Below, piece after piece: positions 6,140 through 16,132 of a DNA stretch of 64,000 bases. The notes beneath the pieces were generated by a model. The model had not been told where the DNA came from. It saw only the letters and a list, made by a program, of their open reading frames with translations, and made no database searches. The stretch lies in the IMG/VR virus record IMGVR_UViG_3300037470_000488; one strand, given 5' to 3'. The translations under genes and the position numbers were made by a program. Numbering within the stretch: position 1 is the stretch's first letter; each line of letters starts with the position of its first letter. Source of the DNA: an uncultured virus (IMG/VR IMGVR_UViG_3300037470_000488) (taxonomy: Duplodnaviria; Heunggongvirae; Uroviricota; Caudoviricetes).

Positions 6140-9035
6140 TGGCTCGCACATGTCGGGCGCGATGATCGCTTTGATGCCGACCGTGGAGGATGCGGCCCGG
6201 TTGGCGATCGAGGGCGGCGAGGTCGCCGAGCAGCTGCATTTGACGCTGTACTTCCTCGGCGACGACGGCACTGCGTGGACCGATGACCAGCGCAAGGAAT
6301 TGGAAGGCATCGTTCGGGAACGGGTTGCTCTGTTCCCCCCGGTTGCCGCCCGCGTCTTCGGCGCGGCGCACTGGAATGGCGACGGGGACGATCCGGCCTG
6401 GGTCTGGTCCGTTGGGGACGGAGTTCCTGGGGAGGGTTTTCCGCTGGCGGCGGTGCACGAAGAAGTCGCGGATGCTGTGTTCGATGGGGCGCCGATCGGA
6501 GTAAAAATCCCAGCGCAGCACACGCCCTGGCAGCCGCATATTTGCGCCGCGTACTCCGACGAGCTGGACCTGATCATCGCGTTGGAGGAGCGCCTCGGTC
6601 CGGTCGCGTTCGACCGCATTCGGGTGGCGTTCGCCGGAGAGCACACCGACATCCCCCTCGGCGGCAGCATGACGGCTGCGGCCGGTCCGTTGCGTCGTCA
6701 GCCCACCGATTTGGAGCTCGCCTCCCGCGTCGACTTCGCCGAGATGGACAAGGCATGGCGCGACGCCGTCAACGCCACCATCGACGCCTGGACGGACATC
6801 CAGACCGTCCAGCGCGAGCAGATCACCGCCGCCGTACAAGCCGCAGCCGAGGCCGACGACCTCGACCGTCTCGACACTTTCACCCCGGACACCGGCGACG
6901 CCGAACGCCTGCTGATCGCCCGGATGATCGCCTACGCGCGGGAGGCCGGAGAGCAGCAGCAGGCCGAGGCCGAAGCCCAGGGCGTCAGCGTGCCGGAGTG
7001 GTCGCTGGACGATGAGGCGATCACTGCGGCGGCGATCCGGGACCGGCTGCGGCAGATCGGCCGGACGGCCGCGCGAGTGCTGGGTGTGGGGCTGGTGCAG
7101 TCGGCGGTGCGGCAGGCGATGCGCGTGTGGGGCTCCGGTACGGCCGCGCAGGTCGCCGCTCAGGTCGATGAGCATTTGGCCGGGCTGTCGGGTGCGCAGG
7201 TGGAGGAGCAGGTGGGTGCGGCGATGACGGCTGCTCAGAACGAGGGCCGCATGGCCGTCCTCGCGGTCGCCCCGCCCGCCACGTACACAGCTTCGGAAAT
7301 CTTGGACAAATCGTCATGTAAACCCTGCCGGGACATCGACGGCACCAAGTACGCCGACCTCACCGCGGCCCGCGTCGCGTACCCGTCCGGCGGCTACACG
7401 GGCTGCCTCGGCGGCTCCCGCTGCCGAGGCACCCTCGTCACCGTGTGGCCTCAGGGTAGCGAGCAGGCAGCAGCCGGAATGATCTTGGCGGCGAGTGCCA
7501 ACACAATGCCGCAGACCAACGAGCAGGGAGGCACCGTGCCGTACAGCATCGTGCAGGACCACCCGGACTGCGGTGCCGATACGCCGTGGGCCGTGGTGAA
7601 AGAGGCCGACGGCGAGCTGATGGGCTGCCACGAAACCGAAGCGCAAGCCCAGGAGCAGCAGGCCGCCCTCTACGCCGAGGAAGGCGACGCCAACCCCGGC
7701 GACGACGGCGACGAGGACATGGACTACGCAGGCAAGACCGCCCCCTGGCGTGGCCCCCTCGCCGTCGAAGGACAGGTCACCGGCGACGGCCGCGAGTTCG
7801 CCCCGGACGCGCTCACCTGGGCCGAACTGCCCGTGCCGCTCCGCTGGAACAAAGAGGACTCCCACGGCGGAGAAGCCCGCACGATCGCGGTCAACGTGGG
7901 CCGCATCGACAAGATCTGGCGCGACGGCAGTCTCATCATGGGCGAGGGCGTCCTCGACCTCTCCGACGACGACGGCCGCCGCGTCCACGCCAAGATCGAA
8001 GGCAAGTTCCTGCGCGGCGTGTCCATCGATGCCGACTCCATCGCTGACGCCGACGTCGAGTTCGTGTGGCCCGACGACGTCAACGCCGGGACGGAGGAAG
8101 CCGACGAGGGCGACCTGTTCGAGATGCTCTTCGCGCAGCCCGAGAAGATGATTTTCCACGGCGGACGCATCCGCGCCGCCACGTTGGTCGACATCCCCGC
8201 GTTCGCCGAGGCGTACATCGCCCTCCTCGACGAGGCCGGCGCTGTCGTGGCCGGCGGCCAGCCCGTCGGCGAGGCTGTCGTGCAGGCGGCACAGGAAGAC
8301 GCTCGGAAGGCGAAGGAGTCCACGCGTCCGCTGCGGGTTGTCACGGCAGGGGCTGCCGCCCACCCGGCGATGGGCGACCTGTGGAAGCCGCCCGCCGAGT
8401 GGTTCAACAACCCGGCACTTCCCTTCTACTGCGGCATCGTCGTCACCGACCAGGGCCGCATCTACGGACACGCCGCACCGTTCGGGTCGTGCCACATCGG
8501 GATCGACGGTGAGTGCGTCACGGTGCCCCGAGAGAACGAGCACTCGCACTACATGACCGGTGAGACCGTCTGCGACAACGGGACGCGGGTGCCGATCGGC
8601 CAGATCACCGTCGGCACCGGGCACGCCCCCCTGCACTACGGGGCGCAGGCGGCGGCGGAGCACTACGACAACACCGGTTCTGCGGTCGCCGATGTGGCGG
8701 TGGGCAACGACAAGCACGGCATCTGGGTGGCGGGTGCGATCCGTCCGAACGCCGATCCGTTGAGCGTGTACGAACTGCGGGCGTCGGGCCGGGTGTCGGG
8801 TGACTGGCGTCGTATCGGCGGCCAGTTGCGGATGGTGGGTCTGCTGGGTGTCAATGTCGCCGGGTTCCTGGAGGAGGCGAAGATGCGGACGCTGGTCTCT
8901 GCCGGGCAGCCGCAGGCCCTTGTTGCGGCTGGTGTTCCGAGGCAGCAGTGGGCCATGTCGAAGGATGAGTCGGAGCGTCAGGCTGTGCGGGTCGTGATGC
9001 GGATGCTGTCCCGCCGAGTCCACCCGGGGAGGTGA
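6114..9035 (+). CDS. Fusion of 2H-phosphoesterase-like domain, MuF-like minor head domain and capsid maturation protease
   Basis: HLTL and PHIC 2H-type motifs; SEILDKSSCKPC...CLGGSRCRG MuF-like motif; protease-like TGDGR, VGRID, RGVSID, ATLVDIPAF; C-terminal SGDWR domain. Confidence 0.75.
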   Translation: MDSLAAAADGSHMSGAMIALMPTVEDAARLAIEGGEVAEQLHLTLYFLGDDGTAWTDDQRKELEGIVRERVALFPPVAARVFGAAHWNGDGDDPAWVWSVGDGVPGEGFPLAAVHEEVADAVFDGAPIGVKIPAQHTPWQPHICAAYSDELDLIIALEERLGPVAFDRIRVAFAGEHTDIPLGGSMTAAAGPLRRQPTDLELASRVDFAEMDKAWRDAVNATIDAWTDIQTVQREQITAAVQAAAEADDLDRLDTFTPDTGDAERLLIARMIAYAREAGEQQQAEAEAQGVSVPEWSLDDEAITAAAIRDRLRQIGRTAARVLGVGLVQSAVRQAMRVWGSGTAAQVAAQVDEHLAGLSGAQVEEQVGAAMTAAQNEGRMAVLAVAPPATYTASEILDKSSCKPCRDIDGTKYADLTAARVAYPSGGYTGCLGGSRCRGTLVTVWPQGSEQAAAGMILAASANTMPQTNEQGGTVPYSIVQDHPDCGADTPWAVVKEADGELMGCHETEAQAQEQQAALYAEEGDANPGDDGDEDMDYAGKTAPWRGPLAVEGQVTGDGREFAPDALTWAELPVPLRWNKEDSHGGEARTIAVNVGRIDKIWRDGSLIMGEGVLDLSDDDGRRVHAKIEGKFLRGVSIDADSIADADVEFVWPDDVNAGTEEADEGDLFEMLFAQPEKMIFHGGRIRAATLVDIPAFAEAYIALLDEAGAVVAGGQPVGEAVVQAAQEDARKAKESTRPLRVVTAGAAAHPAMGDLWKPPAEWFNNPALPFYCGIVVTDQGRIYGHAAPFGSCHIGIDGECVTVPRENEHSHYMTGETVCDNGTRVPIGQITVGTGHAPLHYGAQAAAEHYDNTGSAVADVAVGNDKHGIWVAGAIRPNADPLSVYELRASGRVSGDWRRIGGQLRMVGLLGVNVAGFLEEAKMRTLVSAGQPQALVAAGVPRQQWAMSKDESERQAVRVVMRMLSRRVHPGR

Positions 9036-9041
9036 AAGCGA

Positions 9042-9104
9042 ATGTGCAGTTGCAATAAGAGGCGTCGCCCGACACCTCCGCCGCCGCCCCCTCCGAGCGC
9101 CTGA
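9042..9104 (+). CDS. 20-aa Cys/Arg/Pro-rich micro-ORF (MCSCNKRRRPTPPPPPPPSA)
   Basis: Strong GGAGGTGA SD ahead of ATG, between protease and capsid genes; not in ORF track. Confidence 0.55.
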   Translation: MCSCNKRRRPTPPPPPPPSA

Positions 9105-9227
9105 CCTTTACTTATGCGGACCGGCGAAGTTAATTGACTCTTTGCCGGTCCGTGTGCTATGCGCTAACCTCCGTGATCAAAGGGCGCCAACACCGCAGGC
9201 GCACACCCCTTCACACCGGAGGACAAC

Positions 9228-10985
9228 GTGCCAGCCGAGGAACTCTTCAGCGCCCCCACCGACCTCACCCTCGTCGGCGACGACGACCTCTCCGCCCTCG
9301 AAACCGAAGGCACCGCCGAGTTCGACCGCGTCCACGGCTCCGACAACGTCGACCCCGACACGCTCCAGTACGCGATGCGCCTCGCCAACGACCTCGACCG
9401 CATCCGCGCCGAACTCTCCGTCCGCGAAGTCCGCGCCCAGCGCAACGCCGACCTCGAACAGGCCCGCACCGCCGAGCAGCTCACCGCACTCCAGCAGCGC
9501 GTCCACGGCCCCACCGACGCGACCGCCCAGGCCGCGACCTCCGCGATCGACCCCGAAGCGATCGCCGCCGCCGCCGCGCGGGGCGTCACCGCAGGCATGA
9601 TCGCCATGATGGGCGAACGCCGCGGCAACCTCGACCCTGAGGCCCTCGCACGACGGGCCACCGCGTCCCTCGCCGAGACCGCCCGGCACGCCCCCGCACC
9701 GAAGGTCCCCAGCGCGAAGCTCGCGGTCACCGCGTCCGTCGACATCCCCGGCGTCGCCCACGGCGGGACACTTCCCACCCTGCGCTCCCTCGCCGAAGTG
9801 GTGTCGCGCAAGGCCAAGTCGATGCCGGTCACGCAGAACAACCCGAACCACCAGCTCGTGGCCAGCATTCGCAACGACTTCTCGCACACCATCGACGACC
9901 GCACCAGCCCCGGACAGGTCAAGGACCTCATCGAGTTCCTCACCGGCCCGGACAAGCAGCAGGCGTTGGTGGCGGGCGGCGGATGGTGCGCCCCCTCCGA
10001 GATCCGCTACGACTTCTTCAACATCGCCTGCGAAGACGGCATGATCGACCTGCCCACCTTCGGCGTCAGCCGCGGCGGCATCCAGTTCCCCGTCTCCCCG
10101 AGCCTGGCCGACGCACTCGGCGGCGGCACCGCCTTCGCCGGATTCGCTGCCACCCTCTCCAACACGTCGACGCCGTTCCTGTGGACCGAGGCCGACGACA
10201 TAGCCGCCGCCACCGGCACCCCGACGAAGCCATGCATCAGGGTGCCCTGCCCGGACTTCGACGAAGCGCGCCTGGAGTGCTACGGGTACTGCCTCACCGC
10301 AGGCAACCTCACCGACGACGCGTACCCGGAGGCGACGCAGCACATGCTGCAACTCCTCATGTCCGCGCACGCGCACGTCATCAACGCCCAGTTGATCGCG
10401 CAGATGCTCCTCGCCTCCTCCGCGACCACCACCATCGGCGGCGTTACCACCGACGCCGCCGCGCCCCGCATCTACAACGCGGTCGGCATGGCAGCCACGG
10501 ACTACCGCGCCCGCTACGGCATGTGCATCGACGACGTCCTCGAAGTCGTCCTCCCCTACTGGGTCCGCGAGACGATCCGCGCCGACCTCGCCTGGAAGCA
10601 GGGCGTTGAACTCCAGGCCGTCACCAACGCGGAGGTCGACTCCTACTTCGTCGCCCGCAACGTCCGCGTCCAGTGGGTCAACGACTGGCAGGTCCGCGGC
10701 GCCTCACAGTTCGGCAACGCGACCCCGATGACCGCCTGGCCGACGACCGTGGACTTCCTCATCTACGCGGCCGGCACGTTCATCCACGGCAACGGGCTGT
10801 CCCTGGACCTCGGTGTGATCCGCGACTCGGTTCTCAACGAGACCAACGACCACACCGCGGCCTGGTCCGAGGAGTGCCACCTCGTCGCCCGCGTCGGCCA
10901 CGAGAGCAGGCGGTACACCGTCGCGTTCAACGTCAGCGGCCAGTCCGGTGGCACCGTGGCCACCCCCAACGGCGCCCACGTCTGA
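9228..10985 (+). CDS. Major capsid (hexamer) protein with N-terminal scaffold-like region
   Basis: GGAGG RBS; coiled N-terminus; GGWCAPSEIRYD, RGGIQFP, KPCIRVPCP, LDLGVIRDSVLNETND. Confidence 0.88.
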   Translation: MPAEELFSAPTDLTLVGDDDLSALETEGTAEFDRVHGSDNVDPDTLQYAMRLANDLDRIRAELSVREVRAQRNADLEQARTAEQLTALQQRVHGPTDATAQAATSAIDPEAIAAAAARGVTAGMIAMMGERRGNLDPEALARRATASLAETARHAPAPKVPSAKLAVTASVDIPGVAHGGTLPTLRSLAEVVSRKAKSMPVTQNNPNHQLVASIRNDFSHTIDDRTSPGQVKDLIEFLTGPDKQQALVAGGGWCAPSEIRYDFFNIACEDGMIDLPTFGVSRGGIQFPVSPSLADALGGGTAFAGFAATLSNTSTPFLWTEADDIAAATGTPTKPCIRVPCPDFDEARLECYGYCLTAGNLTDDAYPEATQHMLQLLMSAHAHVINAQLIAQMLLASSATTTIGGVTTDAAAPRIYNAVGMAATDYRARYGMCIDDVLEVVLPYWVRETIRADLAWKQGVELQAVTNAEVDSYFVARNVRVQWVNDWQVRGASQFGNATPMTAWPTTVDFLIYAAGTFIHGNGLSLDLGVIRDSVLNETNDHTAAWSEECHLVARVGHESRRYTVAFNVSGQSGGTVATPNGAHV

Positions 10986-11026
10986 CCATCCCCGTGCAAC
11001 GAGCAGCAGAAGGGTGGTGAGCGCCG

Positions 11027-11908
11027 GTGGCCGGAGCACGCCAGATCATTGCACCGCCGACGTTCACCGCCCTGTCGTACGGGCTGTGGGAAACCATCCA
11101 GCACCCCGCCCCGCCGCCGCACTGGCAGCAGGGCGTCACCTGGATCGAGCACTGCCCCACCGCAGACACGACGTACGACGAATGCCTCGCCGTCACCGGC
11201 ACCGGGGGCGCACCGCCCGAACCGCCCGCCAAGACCAGCAACGTCGAGCAGACGTTCCGGGGTGCTACCCCGTTCACGGTGTACGCCGAGTTCGAATGCT
11301 CCCCGGTGGGTGTGGGCGAGGCGGGGTCGGTTGCCGCTGATGCGCTGGCCCGGGTGGAGCAGCAGCAGGTAGAGGCGGCGTTCTGGACGGGCACGGCCGG
11401 CGGGCAGCCGGTGGTGTTCCCGCATCTTGCGGCGGACGCCGAGGTGCTGGACTCGCAGGACATTGTGCTTCAGCCCGTCGCTTCCCCAGTTGTGACGGGC
11501 GCTGATGTGGCGCATGCGCTCGGTGAGCTGGAGCAGGATCTCGCCGCCTGCTACGCCGGGCAGGGCCTCATTCACGTCCCGCGTCTGGCGCTGCCGACCC
11601 TGGCTGCCGCCTATCTGGTTGTCGAGCGGGACGGGCTGCTGTACACCCCGGCCGGGAACCGGATCGTGGTCGGCGGCGGCTACACGGGCACGGGCCCCGA
11701 CGGCGCCGCGCCAGCCGCCGGAACGGCGTGGATCTATGCGACCGGGAGCGCGTTCGGCTACCGCTCCGATGTGTTCTTCACCGAGGTCCGCGACTCCCTG
11801 GACCGGTCCGCGAACACGATCCGCATGATCGCCGAGCGCACCTATCTGCTCGGCTTCGAGTGCTGCCATCTGGCTGCGCACATCGTCCTGGGCGTGCCCA
11901 CCGAGTAG
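11027..11908 (+). CDS. Second capsid protein (pentamer-type/minor capsid)
   Basis: HWQQGVTW, PFTVYA, TPAGNRIVVGGGY, WIYATG, IAERTY; directly follows the major capsid gene. Confidence 0.65.
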   Translation: MAGARQIIAPPTFTALSYGLWETIQHPAPPPHWQQGVTWIEHCPTADTTYDECLAVTGTGGAPPEPPAKTSNVEQTFRGATPFTVYAEFECSPVGVGEAGSVAADALARVEQQQVEAAFWTGTAGGQPVVFPHLAADAEVLDSQDIVLQPVASPVVTGADVAHALGELEQDLAACYAGQGLIHVPRLALPTLAAAYLVVERDGLLYTPAGNRIVVGGGYTGTGPDGAAPAAGTAWIYATGSAFGYRSDVFFTEVRDSLDRSANTIRMIAERTYLLGFECCHLAAHIVLGVPTE

Positions 11909-11920
11909 GAGTAGATCACC

Positions 11921-12598
11921 ATGGCAGCTACGTCGACGTGCGCGACTCCCATCAAGGGCACGCACCTGAGGGTCATCGCCCTGGACGCCTGCGGCGTTCC
12001 CGTCACCGGCACACCGGGTCTGGTCGGTGTCTCGTCCGGGTTCGTGCAGGTCGAGATGGAACCGGACTACGAGGACGGCGAGGAGTTCTTCGAGCGGACC
12101 GCCTCAGGCGAGCCGTGCGTAAACCAGAAGGACGACCCGACACTGAAGCGGTTCATGCTGACCGTTCAGTGGTGCGAGATCAACGTGTCCCTCTCCTCCT
12201 ACATGATCTCGGCGACCGAACTCACCACCGGTACCCCCACGACCGGAACCGGCTTCGGCGTCGACGAAGGCAACCCCACCAACCGGTACAGCCTGGAAGT
12301 GTGGCAGGAAGTAGCGGGTGCTGGGGCCTGCGACGAGTCCGGGAATCAGCGGTACATCTACCACGCGTGGCCCAACGTCGGCGCAACCCAGCTGGGTTCC
12401 TACACGATCGAGAACGCCCGCTCCACGCTGGAGTTCACTTCCGAAACCCGGGGTGCCGGAACGAACTGGCTCAGTCTTGTCGGCGCGGACTGGCTGCCGG
12501 TGGGGATCACGGTGCCTGCCACCAGGCACTGGATGTACAACGTCACCACCACGCCGCCGCCGGACGCGGCGTGCGATCCCACCGTCCTCGCCGCGTAG
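11921..12598 (+). CDS. Major tail protein
   Basis: LRVIALDACG, YEDGEEFFERTASGEPC, YSLEVW; size and position. Confidence 0.75.
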   Translation: MAATSTCATPIKGTHLRVIALDACGVPVTGTPGLVGVSSGFVQVEMEPDYEDGEEFFERTASGEPCVNQKDDPTLKRFMLTVQWCEINVSLSSYMISATELTTGTPTTGTGFGVDEGNPTNRYSLEVWQEVAGAGACDESGNQRYIYHAWPNVGATQLGSYTIENARSTLEFTSETRGAGTNWLSLVGADWLPVGITVPATRHWMYNVTTTPPPDAACDPTVLAA

Positions 12599-12613
12599 GG
12601 ATTCGCCGTGGCC

Positions 12614-13141
12614 ATGACACTGCTCCAGGCACACAGTGCGGTCTCCGATCCTCACGGAGACCGCGCTTACGCCGATACGAAATTCGTTCCCCTCGAAGGG
12701 GACGTCATCAGCAAGACACGCACCGTGGACAAGCCCACGGACGAACCCAGAACATCAACCACCCTCGAGGCTGACACCAGCCTGACAGTTGAGGTCGCCG
12801 CGGACGCCAGGTACGCCGTGGACGCCTTCCTCATCGTTGACGGTGACCTCGAGGCGGCCATGAGCCTGACGTTCACGGCCCCGGCCGACGCCTCGGGTTC
12901 GTGGACCCCCATGGCTCCGGCGACGGCCGGTGGAGCGGAGGTGCAGTTGAAGCAGCTCTCCTTCGGTGAGGCTGCCACCGTCGGCGTCACCGCCGAGGGC
13001 GTGATCATCCCCCCGCGGGGTGCCGTCGCCACCGGCGCCACCGCGGGGGCACTCACGCTCCGATGGGCGCCGGCCACTACACCCGCCGGGCCGCTCACCC
13101 TGCGGGCCGGGTCCTGGCTGCTGCTGACACGCACGGGGTGA
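12614..13141 (+). CDS. Putative virion structural protein (beta-rich)
   Basis: In structural operon; C-terminal LRWA...TLRAGSWL. Confidence 0.55.
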   Translation: MTLLQAHSAVSDPHGDRAYADTKFVPLEGDVISKTRTVDKPTDEPRTSTTLEADTSLTVEVAADARYAVDAFLIVDGDLEAAMSLTFTAPADASGSWTPMAPATAGGAEVQLKQLSFGEAATVGVTAEGVIIPPRGAVATGATAGALTLRWAPATTPAGPLTLRAGSWLLLTRTG

Positions 13142-13147
13142 GGCGGC

Positions 13148-14326
13148 ATGGCTCTGGCGCAGTACACCGACACCTTCTGGTTCCCCAACGGCAGTCCTGC
13201 GGTGAACATCGCTGTCCGGGTGTTCCCGCGCAACTCCAGCATCCCGGCCACTTTGTACACCGACGCCACCGGTACCACCCAGATCGTCAGCCCTGCCACC
13301 TCCGGCACTGGCCTGCTGTCGTTCTGGGCCGAGTCGGGCGACTACTGGGTGCACCTGGACACCGAAACGTTTGATGTCACGGTGGGCATGTCGCAGGAGC
13401 AGGCCGACCTGTCCACCGGTGTTGCATCCGGTGGCGAGATCTCCGTCAACGCCCTGAACTCGTCTGCGGTGGACATCACCGCGATGGACGGCTACATCGT
13501 CGACTACATCGCGGGGAACCAGGCAGAGCCGGTGATCACGCGGGTGAAGACGCCTGCGCAGACGATCCCGATGGATGCTGCCGCGCTGGCGAGGGCGGTG
13601 ACGTGGTGGGTTGCCGACAGTAGCGGGAGCATCATTCAGCAGGCGGGCAAGCCGGATCCGGTGCAGCGTCGTACGCACATTCTGCTGGGTGTGACCGCGC
13701 ATACCGGTGGTGTGATCGGTGTGGATCAGACGTTGCCGGTGATCCTGCCGTGGGTCGGGAATCAGCTCGTCGATTTGATGGAGGCGTTGGGGCCGTTCAG
13801 TGTCTCCGGGAATGTGATCACGGCGAACGGTGCGAACCTGATGCTGAATCACAGTGCGGGCACGATGTTCGCCCGCGCGTTCAACCACTACTCCAGTGGT
13901 GTCCTCACCCGCAATCCGCACATTTCTGCGACGCAGGCGCAGACACCGGCCACGTTCATTCAGATCACCGGGTCGGCGACCGCCGCTCCGGCGCTGACAC
14001 AGACGGTCAATGTTGCGAACTGGGACAACGCGGGAGTGATCACCCCAGTGGGTGGGGGTGCCAACCAGTCCACCATCCTGCGTGTCTTCCTGTTCGCCAA
14101 CAACAACGTCAACTTCCAGTTGATCATCCAGTACGGGCAGGCCACCTACAGCAGCCTCTCTGCTGCGGTGACCGCGATCGGCGCGGAGCCGTTCGTGATC
14201 AACCCGACTTTCAACCCGGGCACCGGCACCCTGATCGCGTGGATTGCCGTGACCCGCACGGCAACCAACCTGTCCGACATCACGCAGGCCGTGATTGTGG
14301 CGCCCGCCAAATTCGCGACACCCTAG
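13148..14326 (+). CDS. Putative virion fibre/decoration protein
   Basis: N-terminal YTDATGTT..GLLSFWAESGDY module, Thr/Gly/Asn-rich beta region. Confidence 0.55.
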   Translation: MALAQYTDTFWFPNGSPAVNIAVRVFPRNSSIPATLYTDATGTTQIVSPATSGTGLLSFWAESGDYWVHLDTETFDVTVGMSQEQADLSTGVASGGEISVNALNSSAVDITAMDGYIVDYIAGNQAEPVITRVKTPAQTIPMDAAALARAVTWWVADSSGSIIQQAGKPDPVQRRTHILLGVTAHTGGVIGVDQTLPVILPWVGNQLVDLMEALGPFSVSGNVITANGANLMLNHSAGTMFARAFNHYSSGVLTRNPHISATQAQTPATFIQITGSATAAPALTQTVNVANWDNAGVITPVGGGANQSTILRVFLFANNNVNFQLIIQYGQATYSSLSAAVTAIGAEPFVINPTFNPGTGTLIAWIAVTRTATNLSDITQAVIVAPAKFATP

Positions 14327-14335
14327 GAGGCTGCG

Positions 14336-15175
14336 ATGCCGGTCATCAACCCGACGCCGCAGACCGTCCCCGGCGGCACCGGCGACATCACGGGCCCGTG
14401 CGCGGACTGGCCCGTCACCTGGACCTGCGACGTCGACACACTGAACCCGGCCGTGACCGGGCTGGCTGTGTCGATGGCCACGGAGACCCTGTGGTCGCTG
14501 ACCGGCATGCGGTTCGGGGTGTGTCAGGTGACGCTCCGCCCGTGCGCCCGCTCGTGCGACAACGGCCGCTTCTACGACGACTTCGGGCCCCCGTGGGAAG
14601 GCGGCCGCTCCTACCCGCAGCCCGCACTGATCGGCGGCCTGTGGTTCAACCTGACGTGCGGCTCCTGCGGCGGTGGCTGCTCCTGCTCCACCGTGTCCGA
14701 GGTACTGCTGCCGGCGCCCGTCAACACGATCGTCGAGGTACTGATCGACGGCACGCCGATGGTGTCGGGCGCCTACCGGGTCGACAACAACCGGCTTCTG
14801 GTGCGCACGGACGGCGGCGTGTGGCCGCGCTGCAACGACCTCAGCAAGGACGACACCGAGGTGGGTACGTGGTCGGTGACGGCGACGTACGGCGAGGCGT
14901 TGCCGGAGGGTGCGTCGCTGGCTGTCGGACAGTTGGCGTGCGAGATCGCGAAGGCGGCGGCGGGTGGGGACTGCAAACTGCCAGCGGGGTTGCAGCAGTT
15001 GGTGCGGCAGGGTGTGACGATCTCGTATCCGGATGTGGGGGAGCTGTTCCGGCAGGGCCGCACGGGCTTGTACCTGGTGGACATGTTCGTGTCGACGTGG
15101 AATCCGTATGGGTTGCGGCAACGCTCGCGGGTGTACAGCGTGGACCGGCCGACGGTACGTAGGGCGGGGACTTGA
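14336..15175 (+). CDS. Head-to-tail adaptor
   Basis: LWSLTGMRFG.C..TLRPC, WPRCNDL, C.LP, RQGVT, TGLYLVD..NP motifs; AGGAGG RBS. Confidence 0.7.
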   Translation: MPVINPTPQTVPGGTGDITGPCADWPVTWTCDVDTLNPAVTGLAVSMATETLWSLTGMRFGVCQVTLRPCARSCDNGRFYDDFGPPWEGGRSYPQPALIGGLWFNLTCGSCGGGCSCSTVSEVLLPAPVNTIVEVLIDGTPMVSGAYRVDNNRLLVRTDGGVWPRCNDLSKDDTEVGTWSVTATYGEALPEGASLAVGQLACEIAKAAAGGDCKLPAGLQQLVRQGVTISYPDVGELFRQGRTGLYLVDMFVSTWNPYGLRQRSRVYSVDRPTVRRAGT

Positions 15176-15176
15176 C

Positions 15177-15683
15177 ATGCCGATGATCTCGGGCCCGTTG
15201 AAGTGGTACACCGTCGCCTCCACGCTGGAGCAGGCGGTGTATGCGGAGCTGACCACGAAGCCGGACCGGCATTCGGTGGTGCCGGGTGCGATCGCCTGGG
15301 ATGCCTGCGACTGCGGGCTCCTCGCCGTGTCGGTGGCGCAGGTGTTCCTCACCGAGACGTTCCCCGACCAGCTCGCCCGCCGTGTCGGCAACGCCTGCGA
15401 CGCCCCGTGGGAAGTCGCCGAACTCGTCATTCAGGTGGTGCGCTGCGCCCCGAACCCTGACGACCCCATGACGGCGCCCACCACAGCCGAACTCGACGCC
15501 TCCGCACAGGAGGTTCTGCGCGACGCCTACGAGATGCTGCTGGCCGTATCGGTGAAGCTGTGCGAGATGAACCAGGCCCGGGACATCTCCGACTTCATGA
15601 TGCGCCCCCTGACCGCACAGGGACCGTCCGGCGGCTGCGTCGGCAACGAACTCCGCGCCTACGTCTCCCTCCCCAGGAACTGA
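15177..15683 (+). CDS. Tail terminator-like protein
   Basis: PGAIAWDACDCGLLAV, VVRCAP, GPSGGCVG. Confidence 0.6.
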   Translation: MPMISGPLKWYTVASTLEQAVYAELTTKPDRHSVVPGAIAWDACDCGLLAVSVAQVFLTETFPDQLARRVGNACDAPWEVAELVIQVVRCAPNPDDPMTAPTTAELDASAQEVLRDAYEMLLAVSVKLCEMNQARDISDFMMRPLTAQGPSGGCVGNELRAYVSLPRN

Positions 15684-15695
15684 GAGGGGCGCGCC

Positions 15696-16088
15696 GTGTT
15701 CACCGTGTCGACCAGCTTCAACCTCGACCGCACTCGCGTGCAGCGGATGCTGCGCCTGCCGGGTGGCATCGTCTACCGCGACATGGAACGCAGGCTGCGC
15801 CGTGTCGAAGCCGAAGCGATCCGCCGCGCGCCCGGAAGCATGAAGCAGGGCATCCGCGTGAGCATCGGGCCCGGCCCCGGCGGCGACTTCCGGGGCACCG
15901 TGCGCTCCACTCACCCAGCCAGCATCTATGTGCTGAACTCGACGAGGCCCCACCGTATTGAGCCTCGACGGCCGGGCGGCGTGCTCCGGTTCACGGTAAA
16001 CGGGCAGGTCGTATATGCGAGGTTCGTCAACCATCCTGGGACGAAGGCTCAGCCATTTTTGCAGGAAGCGTTGCGCGCGGCTCTCTGA
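15696..16088 (+). CDS. Neck/tail-completion protein (HK97 gp10-like)
   Basis: TRPHRIEP, VNHPGTKAQPFLQEAL. Confidence 0.65.
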   Translation: MFTVSTSFNLDRTRVQRMLRLPGGIVYRDMERRLRRVEAEAIRRAPGSMKQGIRVSIGPGPGGDFRGTVRSTHPASIYVLNSTRPHRIEPRRPGGVLRFTVNGQVVYARFVNHPGTKAQPFLQEALRAAL

Positions 16089-16132
16089 CCGCCCGGAATG
16101 ATCATGCGCGGGGGCGACCTACCGTCCCCACC

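Noticed and set aside
15164..15181. Self-target of guide unit 3189 (ACTTGACATGC shared)
   Set aside because: Only 13/18 identity, with mismatches in both halves; compatible with chance
12755..15430. Long antisense or alternate-frame ORFs (also 7314-9023, 27598-30063, 41858-44344, 46666-48219)
   Set aside because: Shadow ORFs of high-GC coding DNA overlapping well-supported genes
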